Below are positions 56,416-64,000 of a stretch of 64,000 nt of DNA, piece by piece (within the stretch, counting starts at the first letter, position 1; each line of letters begins with the position of its first letter). Both the position numbers and the translations under genes were made by a program. Under the pieces are notes generated by a model. It was given only the letters and a program-made list of their open reading frames with translations. It was not told where the DNA came from and ran no database searches. The stretch is from an uncultured Clostridia bacterium (GTDB taxonomy: Bacteria; Bacillota; Clostridia; Christensenellales; Aristaeellaceae), in contig CAMFCQ010000001.1 in the NCBI GenBank assembly GCA_945948915.1, forward strand, positions 32,560 through 96,559, given 5' to 3'.

Positions 56416-58080
56416 TTGAAGGTATTGATTCCCGCACTTTTGCTTATTCTTGCTGTCTGCTTCACTGCAAAGAGTACCTATTTCGCAACAGAATTCTATC
56501 TTGACGGCGACGCTTCCAGCGAACTGGTGCTCTCACATCATTTAGCTGAAACCGGACAGATTCTTTCCTCCGACTGGTATTACTCTACTGAGCTGCGCGT
56601 GCTCAATACTCAGCTTATCTATGCACCCCTCTTTCACATTTTTTCAGACTGGCATATGGTTCGTTTCACCGCAGCTCTGATCATGCAGGTCTTACTTGTG
56701 TTGTCCTTTGCTTACCTATGCAAACAATCCTCACTATCACTTGGTGCCTTCTTTCTGGGTGCAGCACTTCTCATTTCTCCGACCAGCATTGCTTATGGGC
56801 GAATTGTCCTGTACCATTGTTACTATATGCCGCACATCATCATCGGTTTTATGATCGTCGGATTGTATCTTTCTTCAATTCATAAGCACCAGCAGAGACA
56901 GCTTTTCTCTTATATTGTTCGTTTCTTTCTTCTCATCACTATCTCTTTCCTGAGCGGATTAGGCGGCATACGTCAGCTTGCCATTACGCACGCTCCATTG
57001 TGCCTGCTTCCCCTCTTTCTTTTCTTTCGTACCGAGTCAGACGCACCCGTCATATCGACAGTTTCAAAGAAACGCGTCTATCTGATTCCGGCTTTCTGTG
57101 CCGCCTTGTTCGCTTTTGTCGGTCTTGTTGTCAATATATCGTTTCTTGCGCAGCAATACACTTTCCGCAACAACACCGCCCTTACATTTGAGCTTATCGA
57201 TTCAAATGGATTGAGCAATCTCTTCTATGCTATCCTGCACCTGTTCGGATTCCAAAAGGGTGCGTCTTTGTTAACAATAGCAGGAATTGCCTCTCTCGGA
57301 AGTGTTTGCATCGCAGTATACTGTATTTTCTTGAGCCTAAGACAATTATTATGCTCCTCAAATTCCGTTCAGGAATACTCTGCCAGCATCACCTCGCACT
57401 TTGGCATCAGCGTTTTCTTGATTCTTCTCGCTATTTTTATTATCGTTGGATCCGGTTTTGCTTTTTTCCATGCACTATACCTGATTCCTGCTACGGTATG
57501 GTTTATCCCTTTCCTCTGCGTTCAATATGACAAATCTCATTTCAGCATTTTGAGTTTCAAAACAGCCGATGCATTGCTGGTATGTGTACTCATCCTTTAT
57601 ATTCCTACCATTGGAACCAACATTCGTTTTTTCACACCGCATCCCGATTCTTACATTCTGCGTTATGAAGGTCTCCCCTATAGAGACAGCAACCTCGTTC
57701 CGCAGTTGGAAAAGTGCGTTCAGACACTGTCAGATTTAGGTTATTCTTTGGGCTATTCAACCCACTGGAATGCCAATACAATCACAGAAATGACTGATGG
57801 CCAAATCAAAATGATCGGCCTTGAATTACAAACCGGCGATACTTCAACCGATAGCAAAGATACGCTTCCATCTCTATCTTATCAAAAATGGCTGTCACTC
57901 AAATCCTATCTTGACACGAAACCTGAGAAGGTCTTCCTTCTGCTGTCTTCCGAAGAAAACGAATCCTATCTGGAAATACCGTTTGATGACAAGGGGCAAG
58001 TGATCTATGAAGACGACGGCAACTTCATCATCTACGGCTTTGATGAGCCCGCTGCACTTTATCGTATGATCGAATGGTAA
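56416..58080 (+). CDS. Polytopic membrane protein with C-terminal extracytoplasmic domain, GT-C-like (putative glycan-modifying glycosyltransferase); N-terminus probably frameshifted
   Basis: 554 aa from a TTG start, visibly AT-rich codon usage, ~11 TM segments, an acidic first loop (YLDGDASSE) and a ~150-aa soluble C-terminus. The in-frame region upstream of the TTG is open back to 56359. The fold and family call is inference from topology only. Confidence 0.55.
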   Translation: MKVLIPALLLILAVCFTAKSTYFATEFYLDGDASSELVLSHHLAETGQILSSDWYYSTELRVLNTQLIYAPLFHIFSDWHMVRFTAALIMQVLLVLSFAYLCKQSSLSLGAFFLGAALLISPTSIAYGRIVLYHCYYMPHIIIGFMIVGLYLSSIHKHQQRQLFSYIVRFFLLITISFLSGLGGIRQLAITHAPLCLLPLFLFFRTESDAPVISTVSKKRVYLIPAFCAALFAFVGLVVNISFLAQQYTFRNNTALTFELIDSNGLSNLFYAILHLFGFQKGASLLTIAGIASLGSVCIAVYCIFLSLRQLLCSSNSVQEYSASITSHFGISVFLILLAIFIIVGSGFAFFHALYLIPATVWFIPFLCVQYDKSHFSILSFKTADALLVCVLILYIPTIGTNIRFFTPHPDSYILRYEGLPYRDSNLVPQLEKCVQTLSDLGYSLGYSTHWNANTITEMTDGQIKMIGLELQTGDTSTDSKDTLPSLSYQKWLSLKSYLDTKPEKVFLLLSSEENESYLEIPFDDKGQVIYEDDGNFIIYGFDEPAALYRMIEW

Positions 58081-58100
58081 TGCATACAAATCTGCAAAAT

Positions 58101-58142
58101 GCCGGAGAGCGGGGTTTTCTTCCCGCTCTCCGGCGATTTTTT
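58101..58142. terminator. Bidirectional terminator, right copy of the duplicated 41-nt sequence
   Basis: GCCGGAGAGCGGG-GTTTTCTT-CCCGCTCTCCGGC is a perfect 13-bp stem. GATTTTTT follows on the plus strand and ATTTTG on the minus strand. It abuts the GH94 stop codon. Confidence 0.85.
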
Positions 58143-60573
58143 AATTGATCACGGCTTCAACCACATGCTTGCAGGGTTTTTCGTCCGGCGCAATCACGTT
58201 GCCGTCGACGCGCTTGCCGTCCACGGTGAGCGTCAGGCTGCCCTTCTCGTCTCCGGCATGGTTCACGATGTGGATCGTGTACTCGCTGCCGCGGAACCTA
58301 CGGGTGATGGTCAGGTCGTCAAGCTCCCCGGGCAGGCACGGGTCGATCCTCAGGCCGTCGTAGTCCGGCTTCACGCCGAGGATGCCCTGGCTCGCCGCGT
58401 AGAACGTCCAGGCCGCGGTGCCGGTCAGCCAGGAATTCTTCGCCTGGCCAAAGCGCGGCGCATACGGGCCGGCGACCATCTGGCTGTACACATACGGCTC
58501 GGTGTGGTGCAGCTTCTGATCGGTGATGTACGCCGGGCAGGTGCGGCGGTAGATGTCAAACGCGCGGCCGCCGTGGCCAAGCGTCGTCTCCGCCAGCACG
58601 ATCCACGGATTGTTGTGGCAGAAGATACCGCCGTTCTCCTTGTATCCCGGCGGATAGGAGCTGATCTCGCCCAGCTCCAGATGGTACGTCGTATACGGCG
58701 GCGTAAGAATCGCCACGCCGTGCTCGCTGAGCAGATGCTCGCGCACGGAGTCGAGCGCCTGCTGCGCATAGCCCTCCTTCACGCCCACGCCGGCCATGAC
58801 CAGGAAGCCCTGCGGCTCGATGTAGATCCGGCCCTCCTCGCATTCGCGGGAGCCGACCTTGTTGCCGAACGCGTCATAGGCGCGCAGGAACCATTCGCCG
58901 TCCCAGCCGTGCGCGAGCACCGCCTTCTCCATCGCTTCCTTATAAGAAGCGACCGTGTCGGCCTCCTCATCCCAGCCGTACAGGCGGCACAGGCGCTCGT
59001 AGTCCGGGCAGACGCCCACGAACATGCCCGCGATGAACAGCGACTCGGCCACGCCGGATTCGTAGTTCGCCGTCGTCTGGAAGCTCTCGCCCGGGGTATT
59101 GGAGAAGCAGTTGAGGTTCAGGCAGTCGTTCCAGTCCGCGCGGCCGATGAGCGGCAGACCGTGCGGGCCGAGATGATCGATCGTGTAGTGGAAGCTGCGG
59201 CGCAGGTGCTCCATCAGCGGCTGCGCGAGGCACTCGTCGTTGTCAAACGGAACGGACTCGGCCAGGATCGACTGATCGCCGGTCTCCTTGATGTACGCCG
59301 CCGCGCCGAAGATCAGCCAGAGCGGATCGTCGTTGAAGCCGGAGCCCACGTCGAAATTGCCGCGCTTGGTCAGCGGCTGATACTGATGATACGCGCTGCC
59401 GTCCGGGAACTGCGTGGCCGCAATGTCCAGGATGCGCTCGCGGGCACGGGCGGGAATCAGATGCACGAAGCCCAACAGATCCTGCGTGGAATCGCGGAAG
59501 CCCATGCCGCGGCCGATGCCGGACTCAAAATAGCTGGCCGAGCGGGACATGTTGAACGTGACCATGCACTGCGCCTGATTCCAGATGTTGATCATGCGGT
59601 CAAACCGTTCGTCGCCGCTGTGCACCTGCCAGGTGGAGAGCAGCCCATCCCAGTACGCTGCCAGGGCCGCAAACGCCGCGTTGAACTTTTTCTCGCTGTC
59701 GTACTTTTCCATCAGCGCATACGCCGGCTCCTTGTTGATCACGCCCGGAGCGGAGAACTTCTTCTCCTGCGCGTTCTCGCAGTAGCCCAGCAGGAACACG
59801 AAGCACACGCGCTCGCCCGGAGCCAGCCTGCCGTGCAGGCGGTGGCTGCCGATGGGCGCCCAGCCGCTGGCCACAGACTGGCGGCTCCTGTCCTCAAACA
59901 CCGCCGCCGGATGATCAAAGCCGTTGTACGCGCCCAGGAACGCGTCGCGGTCCGTGTCAAAGCCGTCGATCGGCGCATTCACGCTGTACACCGCGTAGTG
60001 GTTGCGGCGCTCGCGGTACTCGGTCTTGTGATAGATGGCACTGCCCTCGATCTCGACCTCGCCGGTGGAGAAGTTGCGCTGGAAGTTGGTCGCGTCATCC
60101 TGCGCGTTCCACAGGCAGAACTCCACAAAGCTCGTCAGCGTGATTTCCTTATCATAGGAAGCGCGGTTCTCGATCTCCACCTTGGTCACCAGCGCGTTGT
60201 CCCCGCGCGGCACCATGCTCGTCTGCGCAACGGCCAGGCCGTTCTTCTCCGCGCTGATGCGCGTGTAGCCCAGGCCGTGGCGGCACTCGTAGAAATCCAG
60301 CGGCGTCTTCACCGGCATCCAGCCGGGCGTGAAAACCATGTCGCCGTCCTTGATGTAGAAGTACTGTCCGCCCGCGTCGGTGGGCACGTTGTTGTAGCGG
60401 TAGCGGGTGATGCGCAGCATGCGCGCATCCTTATAGAAGCTGTAGCCGCCGCTGGTGTTGGACATGAGGGTGAAGAACGCCTCGCTGCCCAGGTAATTGA
60501 TCCACGGGGACGGCGTGTCCGGCCGGGTAATGACAAACTCCCGGGCCGCGTCGTCAAAATAGCCGTATTTCAT
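58141..60573 (-). CDS. Glycoside hydrolase family 94 cellobiose (or cellodextrin/chitobiose) phosphorylase
   Basis: [31 protein letters not shown]..., 810 aa, with the RADWND region typical of GH94. ATG 60573 is preceded by GGGAGG; the track start is 60624. Confidence 0.85.
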   Translation of the reverse strand: MKYGYFDDAAREFVITRPDTPSPWINYLGSEAFFTLMSNTSGGYSFYKDARMLRITRYRYNNVPTDAGGQYFYIKDGDMVFTPGWMPVKTPLDFYECRHGLGYTRISAEKNGLAVAQTSMVPRGDNALVTKVEIENRASYDKEITLTSFVEFCLWNAQDDATNFQRNFSTGEVEIEGSAIYHKTEYRERRNHYAVYSVNAPIDGFDTDRDAFLGAYNGFDHPAAVFEDRSRQSVASGWAPIGSHRLHGRLAPGERVCFVFLLGYCENAQEKKFSAPGVINKEPAYALMEKYDSEKKFNAAFAALAAYWDGLLSTWQVHSGDERFDRMINIWNQAQCMVTFNMSRSASYFESGIGRGMGFRDSTQDLLGFVHLIPARARERILDIAATQFPDGSAYHQYQPLTKRGNFDVGSGFNDDPLWLIFGAAAYIKETGDQSILAESVPFDNDECLAQPLMEHLRRSFHYTIDHLGPHGLPLIGRADWNDCLNLNCFSNTPGESFQTTANYESGVAESLFIAGMFVGVCPDYERLCRLYGWDEEADTVASYKEAMEKAVLAHGWDGEWFLRAYDAFGNKVGSRECEEGRIYIEPQGFLVMAGVGVKEGYAQQALDSVREHLLSEHGVAILTPPYTTYHLELGEISSYPPGYKENGGIFCHNNPWIVLAETTLGHGGRAFDIYRRTCPAYITDQKLHHTEPYVYSQMVAGPYAPRFGQAKNSWLTGTAAWTFYAASQGILGVKPDYDGLRIDPCLPGELDDLTITRRFRGSEYTIHIVNHAGDEKGSLTLTVDGKRVDGNVIAPDEKPCKHVVEAVIN

Positions 60574-60626
60574 CTCTCTGCTGCCTCCCATATGCCTGGA
60601 TTGCCCAAACGCCTTCCTTGTCACTC

Positions 60627-60640
60627 CGAAAACGTTTTAG
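60627..60640. promoter_or_regulatory. Candidate LacI-family operator in the GH94 5' UTR
   Basis: CGAAAACGTTTTAG contains the perfect palindrome AAAACGTTTT (60629-60638) with a central CG. It lies between the candidate promoter and the RBS. Confidence 0.4.
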
Positions 60641-60672
60641 TAAATCAGCACAGTATTTTCTGTCTTGCTTAC

Positions 60673-60701
60673 AATATATCTGGTTTTGCATGAAAAATCA
60701 A
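60673..60701 (-). promoter_or_regulatory. Candidate promoter of the GH94 gene
   Basis: Reverse strand reads TTGATT (60701-60696), a 17-nt spacer, then TATATT (60678-60673). Confidence 0.4.
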
Positions 60702-60867
60702 GGCTTTTTCTCATTTTCATTTCCGAAAGACCGAAATTGTTTTCGTTTACGCGCGCATACGACCGCTTTTCATTGTCCTGCCGTTGATCGCAGGTCCCAT
60801 GTCTGTCCGCATCTGTTTCAAAATCGATCCTTTCGGGAATCCCATGCGGACATCCGTGAAGAATTCC

Positions 60868-60896
60868 TTGCTTTTGCTTTCGTTCTGTCGTATAAT
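60868..60896 (+). promoter_or_regulatory. Promoter of the LacI-family regulator gene
   Basis: TTGCTT (60868-60873), a 17-nt spacer, then TATAAT (60891-60896). Confidence 0.55.
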
Positions 60897-60942
60897 AAAT
60901 TCTCTAAACCGATTTAGCAATAACGAAAGTGTGGTGCTTCCC

Positions 60943-61959
60943 GTGGCGGTCACAATCAAGGAATTGTCCGCAGCCTGTGGTCTTTCCGTCTCCACGGTCA
61001 GCAAGGCGCTCAACGATTATCCTGACGTCAGTCAGGAGACCCGCGAGTTCGTGCGCGCCACCGCCGCCCGGCTGGGCTACCGTCCCAGCGCCATCGCTCG
61101 CAGCCTCAAGCTCGGCCGCACGTTCAATCTCGGCGTGCTCTACGCCGACGACAGCGGCAGCGGCCTGGCACACAATTACTTCTCGCCGGTGCTGGAAGCC
61201 TTCAAGTCCGAAGCCGAGCGCCGCGGATACGACATCACCTTCATCACCCACCACATGGGCAGCAATCAGATGACCTATCTGGAGCACTGCCTGTACCGCA
61301 ACGTGGACGGCGTGTGCATCGTCTGCTGTGATTTTCAGGATCCCGAGGTGCTCGAGCTGGTGTCCGGCCCGCTTCCGGTGGTGACCATCGACCACGTCTT
61401 CCACGATCACAGCTGCGTCGAATCCGACAACCGCGCCGGCATGGCGGAGCTCACACAATACATCCTCTCCAGGGGACACCGGCGCATCGCCTGCATCGAG
61501 GGCAGCGCCGCATCGGTTACCTCCGTCCGATCGACCAGCTTCCTGCGCACCATGCGTGAGGCCGGCATCGATGTGCCGGAGGAATACCTCGTGCAAAGCG
61601 TCTATCACAATCCCGCCGCTGCCCGTCAGGTCACCGAGCGTCTGCTCGCGCTTGACAGCCGTCCGACCTGCATCATCATGCCCGATGACTACGCGGCGCT
61701 GGGCGGCATGGAATCTATCCGCGCCGCAGGCCTGCGCATCCCGGAGGACATCTCCGTGGCCGGCTACGACGGCGTGCCGCTGCTGCAGATGTGCCGTCCC
61801 CGCCTGACCACCGTGCGTCAGGACACGGTCGCCATCGGCACAGCGGCAGCCCGCAAGCTCGCACACCTCATCGAGCAGCCGCGCATCACCTTCCAGGAGA
61901 CAATCTCCATCCCCTGTCAGCTGATCCCGGGTGAGACTGTCGGGCTGCCGCCCGCGTGA
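60943..61959 (+). CDS. LacI family transcriptional regulator
   Basis: The HTH is VTIKELSAACGLSVSTVSKALNDYPDVSQETREFV, followed by a periplasmic-binding-protein-like sugar-binding core. The start is uncertain: GTG 60943 or GTG 60931. The track start 60784 lies upstream of the promoter. Confidence 0.8.
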   Translation: MAVTIKELSAACGLSVSTVSKALNDYPDVSQETREFVRATAARLGYRPSAIARSLKLGRTFNLGVLYADDSGSGLAHNYFSPVLEAFKSEAERRGYDITFITHHMGSNQMTYLEHCLYRNVDGVCIVCCDFQDPEVLELVSGPLPVVTIDHVFHDHSCVESDNRAGMAELTQYILSRGHRRIACIEGSAASVTSVRSTSFLRTMREAGIDVPEEYLVQSVYHNPAAARQVTERLLALDSRPTCIIMPDDYAALGGMESIRAAGLRIPEDISVAGYDGVPLLQMCRPRLTTVRQDTVAIGTAAARKLAHLIEQPRITFQETISIPCQLIPGETVGLPPA

Positions 61960-62311
61960 GCGGCGCCCTATCATCGAAGCTTCTCCCGCTGCTGTGAGCA
62001 GGGTATCCGTCAAGACCACCGGCTGAACCGGCGGTTTTTTGCGCTAAGGCAGACAATCGATTTCCAAAACAAGTACACCATGCCGATGCCGGTCTCCCTG
62101 CCCAAGAGCGACCACTTGCGCACGGACTGCAGCACGGCGGATCTGGCGCTGCCGCTGACGGTGCTGACGCGGTTCATCTCCTTCGCGCCGAGTGAATACA
62201 TGGGTGTTGCTTTGGGCGGCGTCAAGGAGTAAAATAGAGCTTGACAGGAGAAGGGGTTGGTGCAGGCTCCTTCTTTTCCCCCCGATGCCACAACACGACA
62301 GGAGGAACACC

Positions 62312-63673
62312 ATGAGCTTCCGCAAGGATTTCATCTGGGGCGCGGCTACCGCGTCCTATCAAATCGAGGGCGCAGCCTACGAGGACGGCAAGGGCCTGTC
62401 CGTCTGGGATCGCTTCTCCCACGAGCCGGGCAAGGTGCTCGAGGGGCACACCGGCGACGTCGCCTGCGACCACTATCACCGCTTCAGGGAAGACGTGCAG
62501 CTGATGAAGGCGATGGGCGTCAAAAACTACCGCTTCTCCATCTCCTGGCCTCGCCTTCTCCCGCAGGGCGTGGGCGAGGTGAACGAGCAGGGCGTGGCGT
62601 TTTACGACGCGCTGATCGACGAGCTGCTCGCCGCCGGCATCCGCCCGATCGTCACGTTGTTCCACTGGGATTATCCCTCCGCCTTGCAGGCCAGAGGCAG
62701 CTGGGAAAACCCGGAAAGCCCCGCCTGGTTTCTGGAGTACGCGACGCTGTGCGCCAAGCGCTTCGGCGACCGTGTGAAGGACTTCATCACCTTCAATGAG
62801 CCGCAGTGTTTCATCGGCCTGGGCTACTGCACCGGCGTGCACGCGCCGGGCTATGTGCTCCCGCCGTCCGCCACGATCCCGATGAGCCACCACGTCCTGC
62901 TGGCACACGGCCTGACGGTCAGGATGCTGCGCGAAACCGTCCCCGGCGTGCGCGTGGGCTATGCCCCCTGTGCCGACCCACGCATCCCGGCCAGCAACCG
63001 CGCCGAGGACATCGAGGCCGCGCGCAAGGCATACTTCTCCGTGCCGAATGATGCGAAGGACTGGGCGTTCTCCGTCTCCTGGTGGAGCGATCCAGCGATC
63101 CTGGGCCGCTACCCGGAGGACGGCCTTGAGCACTTTGGCCAGTACCTGCCCGCCGGCTGGGAGAAGGACCTTGAGACGATCTGCCAGCCGCTTGACTTCT
63201 ACTGCCAGAACATCTATACCGGCCGTCTGGTCAAGGCTGCGGACAACGCGCAGGGCTGGGAGCAGCTTCTCCAGCCGGTCGGCCATCCGAAGACGGCCAT
63301 CCAGTGGCCCGTCACGCCGGACGCGCTCTACTGGGGCCCGAAGTTCCTCTACGAGCGCTACAAGGTTCCGTTCATGATCAGCGAGAACGGCATGTCCAGC
63401 CACGACGTGATTTCCCTGGACGGCAAGGTGCACGACCCGCAGCGCCAGGACTACATGCACCGCTATCTACGCGCCTACAAGCGCGCGGCGGAGGACGGCG
63501 TGGACGCCATCGGCTACCTCGCCTGGTCGCTGATGGACAACTACGAGTGGGCCAACGGCTACACCGACCGCTTCGGTCTGGTCTACGTCGATTACGGCAC
63601 GCAGGAGCGCATCGTCAAGGACAGCTTCCATTGGTACAAGACCGTCATGGAGAGCAACGGAGAGAATCTGTAA
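62312..63673 (+). CDS. Glycoside hydrolase family 1 beta-glucosidase
   Basis: MSFRKDFIWGAATASYQIEGA..., TFNEP (acid/base Glu) and ISENGM (nucleophile Glu). ATG 62312 is preceded by GGAGGA; the track start is 62192. Confidence 0.85.
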   Translation: MSFRKDFIWGAATASYQIEGAAYEDGKGLSVWDRFSHEPGKVLEGHTGDVACDHYHRFREDVQLMKAMGVKNYRFSISWPRLLPQGVGEVNEQGVAFYDALIDELLAAGIRPIVTLFHWDYPSALQARGSWENPESPAWFLEYATLCAKRFGDRVKDFITFNEPQCFIGLGYCTGVHAPGYVLPPSATIPMSHHVLLAHGLTVRMLRETVPGVRVGYAPCADPRIPASNRAEDIEAARKAYFSVPNDAKDWAFSVSWWSDPAILGRYPEDGLEHFGQYLPAGWEKDLETICQPLDFYCQNIYTGRLVKAADNAQGWEQLLQPVGHPKTAIQWPVTPDALYWGPKFLYERYKVPFMISENGMSSHDVISLDGKVHDPQRQDYMHRYLRAYKRAAEDGVDAIGYLAWSLMDNYEWANGYTDRFGLVYVDYGTQERIVKDSFHWYKTVMESNGENL

Positions 63674-63689
63674 ACTTCCTTTCGCCTCA

Positions 63690-63945
63690 ATTGCATAAAC
63701 CGCGCGAACCGAAGAAGGGGGCTGGGGACCGGAGCCTGCCGCCGCCTGTGGAGGAAGCAGGCAGGCGGAGCGTCGGGAATCGCAAGGAGCGGCAAGAGGC
63801 CGCGACTATGCGAGTTCCCCGGATCGAAGTCCCCAGGCGGGTCTTAGGGCGGCAGCCCTAACGTCCCCCTATGCGCAGCATGAAACAAGAATCGCAGCGG
63901 AGCCGCAGGCGACAATTGCGATTCCGTGAGCTCTGATTCAATCCA
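63690..63945 (-). repeat. Diverged, longer member of the modular hairpin repeat family (inverted orientation), inside the GH1 3' region
   Basis: The reverse complement contains ACGTTAGGGCTGCCGCCCTAAG (compare copy A ACGTTGGGCTGCCGCCCAAAC) and CCCCTTCTTCGGTTCGCGCGGTTTATGC (compare copy A CCCTTCTTCGCTTCGCGTTTATTGC). Extra hairpins are present, for example GAATCGCA...TGCGATTC. Confidence 0.5.
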
Positions 63946-63948
63946 AAC

Positions 63949-63988
63949 GAAGGGCTTCCCGAAAGACCGGGAAGCTCCTTTTGGTTTT
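63949..63988 (+). terminator. Likely terminator of the GH1 gene, ~275 nt after the stop codon
   Basis: GGGCTTCCCG-AAAGAC-CGGGAAGCTCC followed by TTTTGGTTTT. Confidence 0.55.
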
Positions 63989-64000
63989 CATGGACTCATC

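Noticed and set aside
56264-58100. Calling the AT-rich island a prophage remnant, IS or integrative element.
   Set aside because: It has no integrase, transposase, terminal inverted repeats or tRNA attachment site. Only the duplicated terminator marks the boundaries, so it is reported as an island of unknown mechanism rather than as a mobile element.
62044-62311. Possible small gene or gene remnant between the LacI regulator and GH1: a ~50-codon plus-strand frame MPMPVSLPKSDHLRTD... (~62090-62232) and two ~95-aa minus-strand ORFs.
   Set aside because: There is no RBS before any of them, no recognisable motif, and the GC3 richness is indistinguishable from background. It could be a decayed remnant, but I cannot support that from the sequence alone.

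Overview
GC-rich, strongly GC3-biased chromosomal segment that looks like a Clostridia-type Firmicute (Oscillospiraceae/Ruminococcaceae-like). It holds about 45 protein genes, mostly on the minus strand, and 2 tRNAs. There is no rRNA, CRISPR array, transposase or integrase. Contents from left to right: (i) An EPS/capsule locus: EpsG/Wzy-like polymerase, GT4, initiating sugar transferase, CapD-type dehydratase, LCP, CpsB phosphatase and a fused CpsC-CpsD tyrosine kinase. It is headed by a 2,969-aa secreted protein built wall to wall of ~37-aa YD-like repeats. (ii) A [FeFe]-hydrogenase maturation operon (TM1266-type regulator, hydE, hydG, hydF). By sequence it continues into two uncharacterised genes, an HprK-like P-loop protein and an anchor-less Ser/His S24/S26 peptidase, and it is preceded by a terminator/antiterminator leader. 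A divergent orphan promoter-terminator unit next to it is an sRNA candidate. (iii) A MATE pump; a dedicated ECF transporter (S, fused A-A', T) followed 19 nt later by a GH3 beta-glucosidase; an alanine/Na+ symporter; small membrane proteins; a lyxose-isomerase/PfkB-kinase/mutarotase operon; RNase Y; an EF-G2 paralogue; TrkAH. (iv) tRNA-Ile and tRNA-Asn, an AEC transporter, and a short (601 aa) T-box-controlled AlaRS bracketed by two same-orientation copies of a ~200-nt modular hairpin repeat. Further copies lie elsewhere in the window. (v) A wall protein with six PG_binding modules plus SH3-like segments, an orphan histidine kinase, a nucleotidyltransferase and a flavoprotein. (vi) A 1.8-kb AT-rich island flanked by a duplicated 41-nt terminator. 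It carries a GT-C-like membrane protein whose RBS+ATG is separated from the ORF body by a C10A8 tract that is 1 nt out of frame. (vii) GH94 cellobiose phosphorylase, a LacI regulator and a GH1 beta-glucosidase. Many very long plus-strand ORFs in the track are antisense shadows of minus-strand genes. All family names come from my own reading of translated motifs and gene context; no database search was run.
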